Origin: Negaprion brevirostris | Taxonomy: Eukaryota | DNA: 64,000 bases | Direction: 5' to 3' | Assembly (NCBI GenBank): GCA_030324005.1 | Contig: JARDVH010000193.1 | Location: forward strand, 38,095,132 to 38,159,131 | Shown: positions 62,023 to 64,000 of the stretch, in pieces | How the letters are laid out: each line of letters opens with the position of its first letter | How positions within the stretch are numbered: position 1 is the stretch's first letter | Notes under the pieces: generated by a model | Databases searched by the model: none | What the model was told of the DNA's origin: nothing | The model's input: only the letters and a program-made list of their open reading frames with translations | Made by a program: the position numbers and the translations under genes

Positions 62023-62352
62023 ATTGTTCTCTAATGTTCTGTTATAGCGTGTTACAAATTCTTTCTACCAGAATTTAAGTCAAACAATAGTCTGGGACTG
62101 TTGGTGATGTCAATGGATGAATGCTCAGTGCTTGATGTTTCTCTGCTATTTTGGCAGAAACATCAGTCGGTTTAAAGTAGGTTAATGCCTGAGTTAAAAT
62201 AAAATGGGTAAAGGAATGTCATATTAAGTCTTCATCCAGTAACGTTGACAACAGTAAACTGTTTGGCTAAACATCCAGATTGACTTCATTGCATTTTGAG
62301 GGACAATGCTGTTCAACTGCAGTGGCTGCCCTCTGTATGGGAGATCTGCCAG

Positions 62353-62386
62353 TACTGACTTGCTATTACTGACTTGCTATTACTGA
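62353..62386 (+). repeat. Tandem duplication, 14-bp unit (tactgacttgctat) x2.4
   Basis: Read directly from the sequence. Confidence 0.9.
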
Positions 62387-63489
62387 TCCCTTGTCCTAAC
62401 TAGCGAAAGACACTAACTGCTGCCCATTGCAGAAAATGTTTTTGCATCTGGTAAAAGTAATGATGTATTCGTCAGCCAATAAATTCAGAAACCCATTGAT
62501 ATTGGGGACCCCTGCCATTCTTATTTTTGGCCATTTCTAGCAGGAACGGGAGCATCAGTTTAAAATCTATGCTCTACTGATCGGAAAAAGATAATCGTTG
62601 AAGTCTGTTAGTAGCTTGTGTTTAAGTGAGCTGGCTGGAGACACTATGGGCAGTTGCATATTGCTTAGGACTCTGATGAGAGAGAGTATGTTGCACAATG
62701 CTCACCATTTCTTTATCATCGCATCATAAGGCGTGCAACAAGATCTTTGTTCATAATATTTTTGACCATGACCCAAAAACACCAAACACGTATAAGCATA
62801 CAGATGTTTTCATTTTGTTCTATTTAATAATGGTGCAATCCAATAAAAGTGCCTTTGTCCCCCTTGGAAGTTTTAAAATACAAGCAATAGTAATTGTATA
62901 TTGCTTCCACTCTGCACAACAGCGATACAAAGAGTTTAGTGTGCAACTGTTAACAGAAACAAACAACCAGGCAGACCATGGTCGCATACAAGTGTCTGAA
63001 CAGTACCATGTTCAATTGATTGTTGAAATGGTTCAGTAGGAACGGTCTAGAGATGCTGGGACTGATTACTAGCATTATGGGCTGTGTCACTGTTCCAAGT
63101 GTAGAGCCATCAGTTTCTGAACTGCCCCTCTATAATCTACCACTTAGTTTCCCACTGGTCCTGAAATAAGTTTATATATTTTGCAGCAGTTNNNNNNNNN
63201 NNNNNNNNNNNNNNNNNNNNNNNNNNNNNNNNNNNNNNNNNNNNNNNNNNNNNNNNNNNNNNNNNNNNNNNNNNNNNNNNNNNNNNNNNNNNNNNNNNNN
63301 NNNNNNNNNNNNNNNNNNNNNNNNNNNNNNNNNNNNNNNNNNNNNNNNNNNNNNNNNNNNNNNNNNNNNNNNNNNNNNNNNNNNNNNNNNNNNNNNNNNN
63401 NNNNNNNNNNNNNNNNNNNNNNNNNNNNNNNNNNNNNNNNNNNNNNNNNNNNNNNNNNNNNNNNNNNNNAACTCTTTTTTTAAAATTTT

Positions 63490-63660
63490 AATCCCCCCAG
63501 CTTATTGTCCATGTTTCTTCATGCCCTTACCTCCCAGGTAAAGACCTACCTCCCTTTTTAAATCTCACAATTAGGTTGGGATTTTATGGCATTCTAGGGC
63601 AGTCTACGCCACACCCTCACAACCTTTTGTACAAAGAACTTTTTCTTTGGACTTGCTTGT
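63490..63660 (-). mobile_element. Degenerate CR1 3' fragment
   Basis: gggcagtctacgccacaccctcacaaccttttgtacaaagaacttttt resembles the reverse-complemented CR1 C-terminal region. Confidence 0.45.
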
Positions 63661-63924
63661 ACTGCCTTGGTAAGATTGGGTACGATTACAGTGCTTTCTC
63701 TGGGAGAGCTGGGGGTTAAACAAGCTTATACAGTCGCCATTGGCATTGTTTAATGCTCTTGATGCATAATTGATGATTAGTTAAAGACCTTGAACATTTT
63801 CATTATCGTTTGGGTCAGATGATTGGAAAATTCAGATGTTTGTTGCTTATAACTGTATTTTCTTTTTCTTTGGAAGAGTTGGTTAAAATGTATGTTAAAA
63901 ACAAAAATTCTTCTTGCCTATATA

Positions 63925-64000
63925 GTGTTAGAAACCTATGTTACAGTGCCTAAGTCGTTGGTGAGGCCGCACTTGGAGTATTGTGTACTGTTTTGGTCAC
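63925..64000 (+). mobile_element. CR1 ORF2 fragment running off the window
   Basis: ttggtgaggccgcacttggagtattgtgtactgttttggtca = LVRPHLEYCVLFWS. Confidence 0.85.

Noticed and set aside
2663-62078. Recurrent short ORFs such as MAQWLALLPH..., CGVCTFSPCLCGF..., WEETGAPRGNP...
   Set aside because: Chance translations of the same SINE consensus, not a gene family
7044-63483. Long ORFs rich in X (e.g. 7044, 11699, 19889, 24030, 63181)
   Set aside because: Artefacts of translating through N gaps
34120-64000. Downstream CHD9 exons (e.g. the KQEKANRII-type exon, chromodomains)
   Set aside because: No such peptide in the ORF track or seen by eye; probably beyond the window, though an exon inside an N gap or in an unlisted short frame cannot be excluded

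Overview
Repeat-rich vertebrate DNA, most likely from a shark or other elasmobranch given its repeat families, from a draft assembly with many N gaps. The window appears to lie inside the CHD9 gene (+ strand). The only host coding sequence I can find is the large first coding exon (about 32398-34107; ATG at 32572; 512 codons ending LQRQ at a phase-0 donor); the rest is intronic. The introns are packed with tRNA-derived SINEs (one body with two alternative tails, plus Deu-domain SINEs), CR1, L2 and Rex1/Babar LINE fragments, Penelope-like remnants, small palindromic elements and a probable solo LTR. Nearly all other track ORFs are LINE debris, SINE read-through or N-gap artefacts. I see no clear undescribed protein-coding system. 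The best leads are a uORF-loaded CHD9 leader, inverted SINEs around the AUG exon (possible coding circRNA), back-to-back fossil hammerhead ribozyme cores, TSD-flanked Penelope hairpin mini-elements, an inverted duplicated Deu-SINE pair and a serial snap-back repair scar. Family assignments come from recalled consensus motifs, not database searches. Repeat boundaries are approximate.
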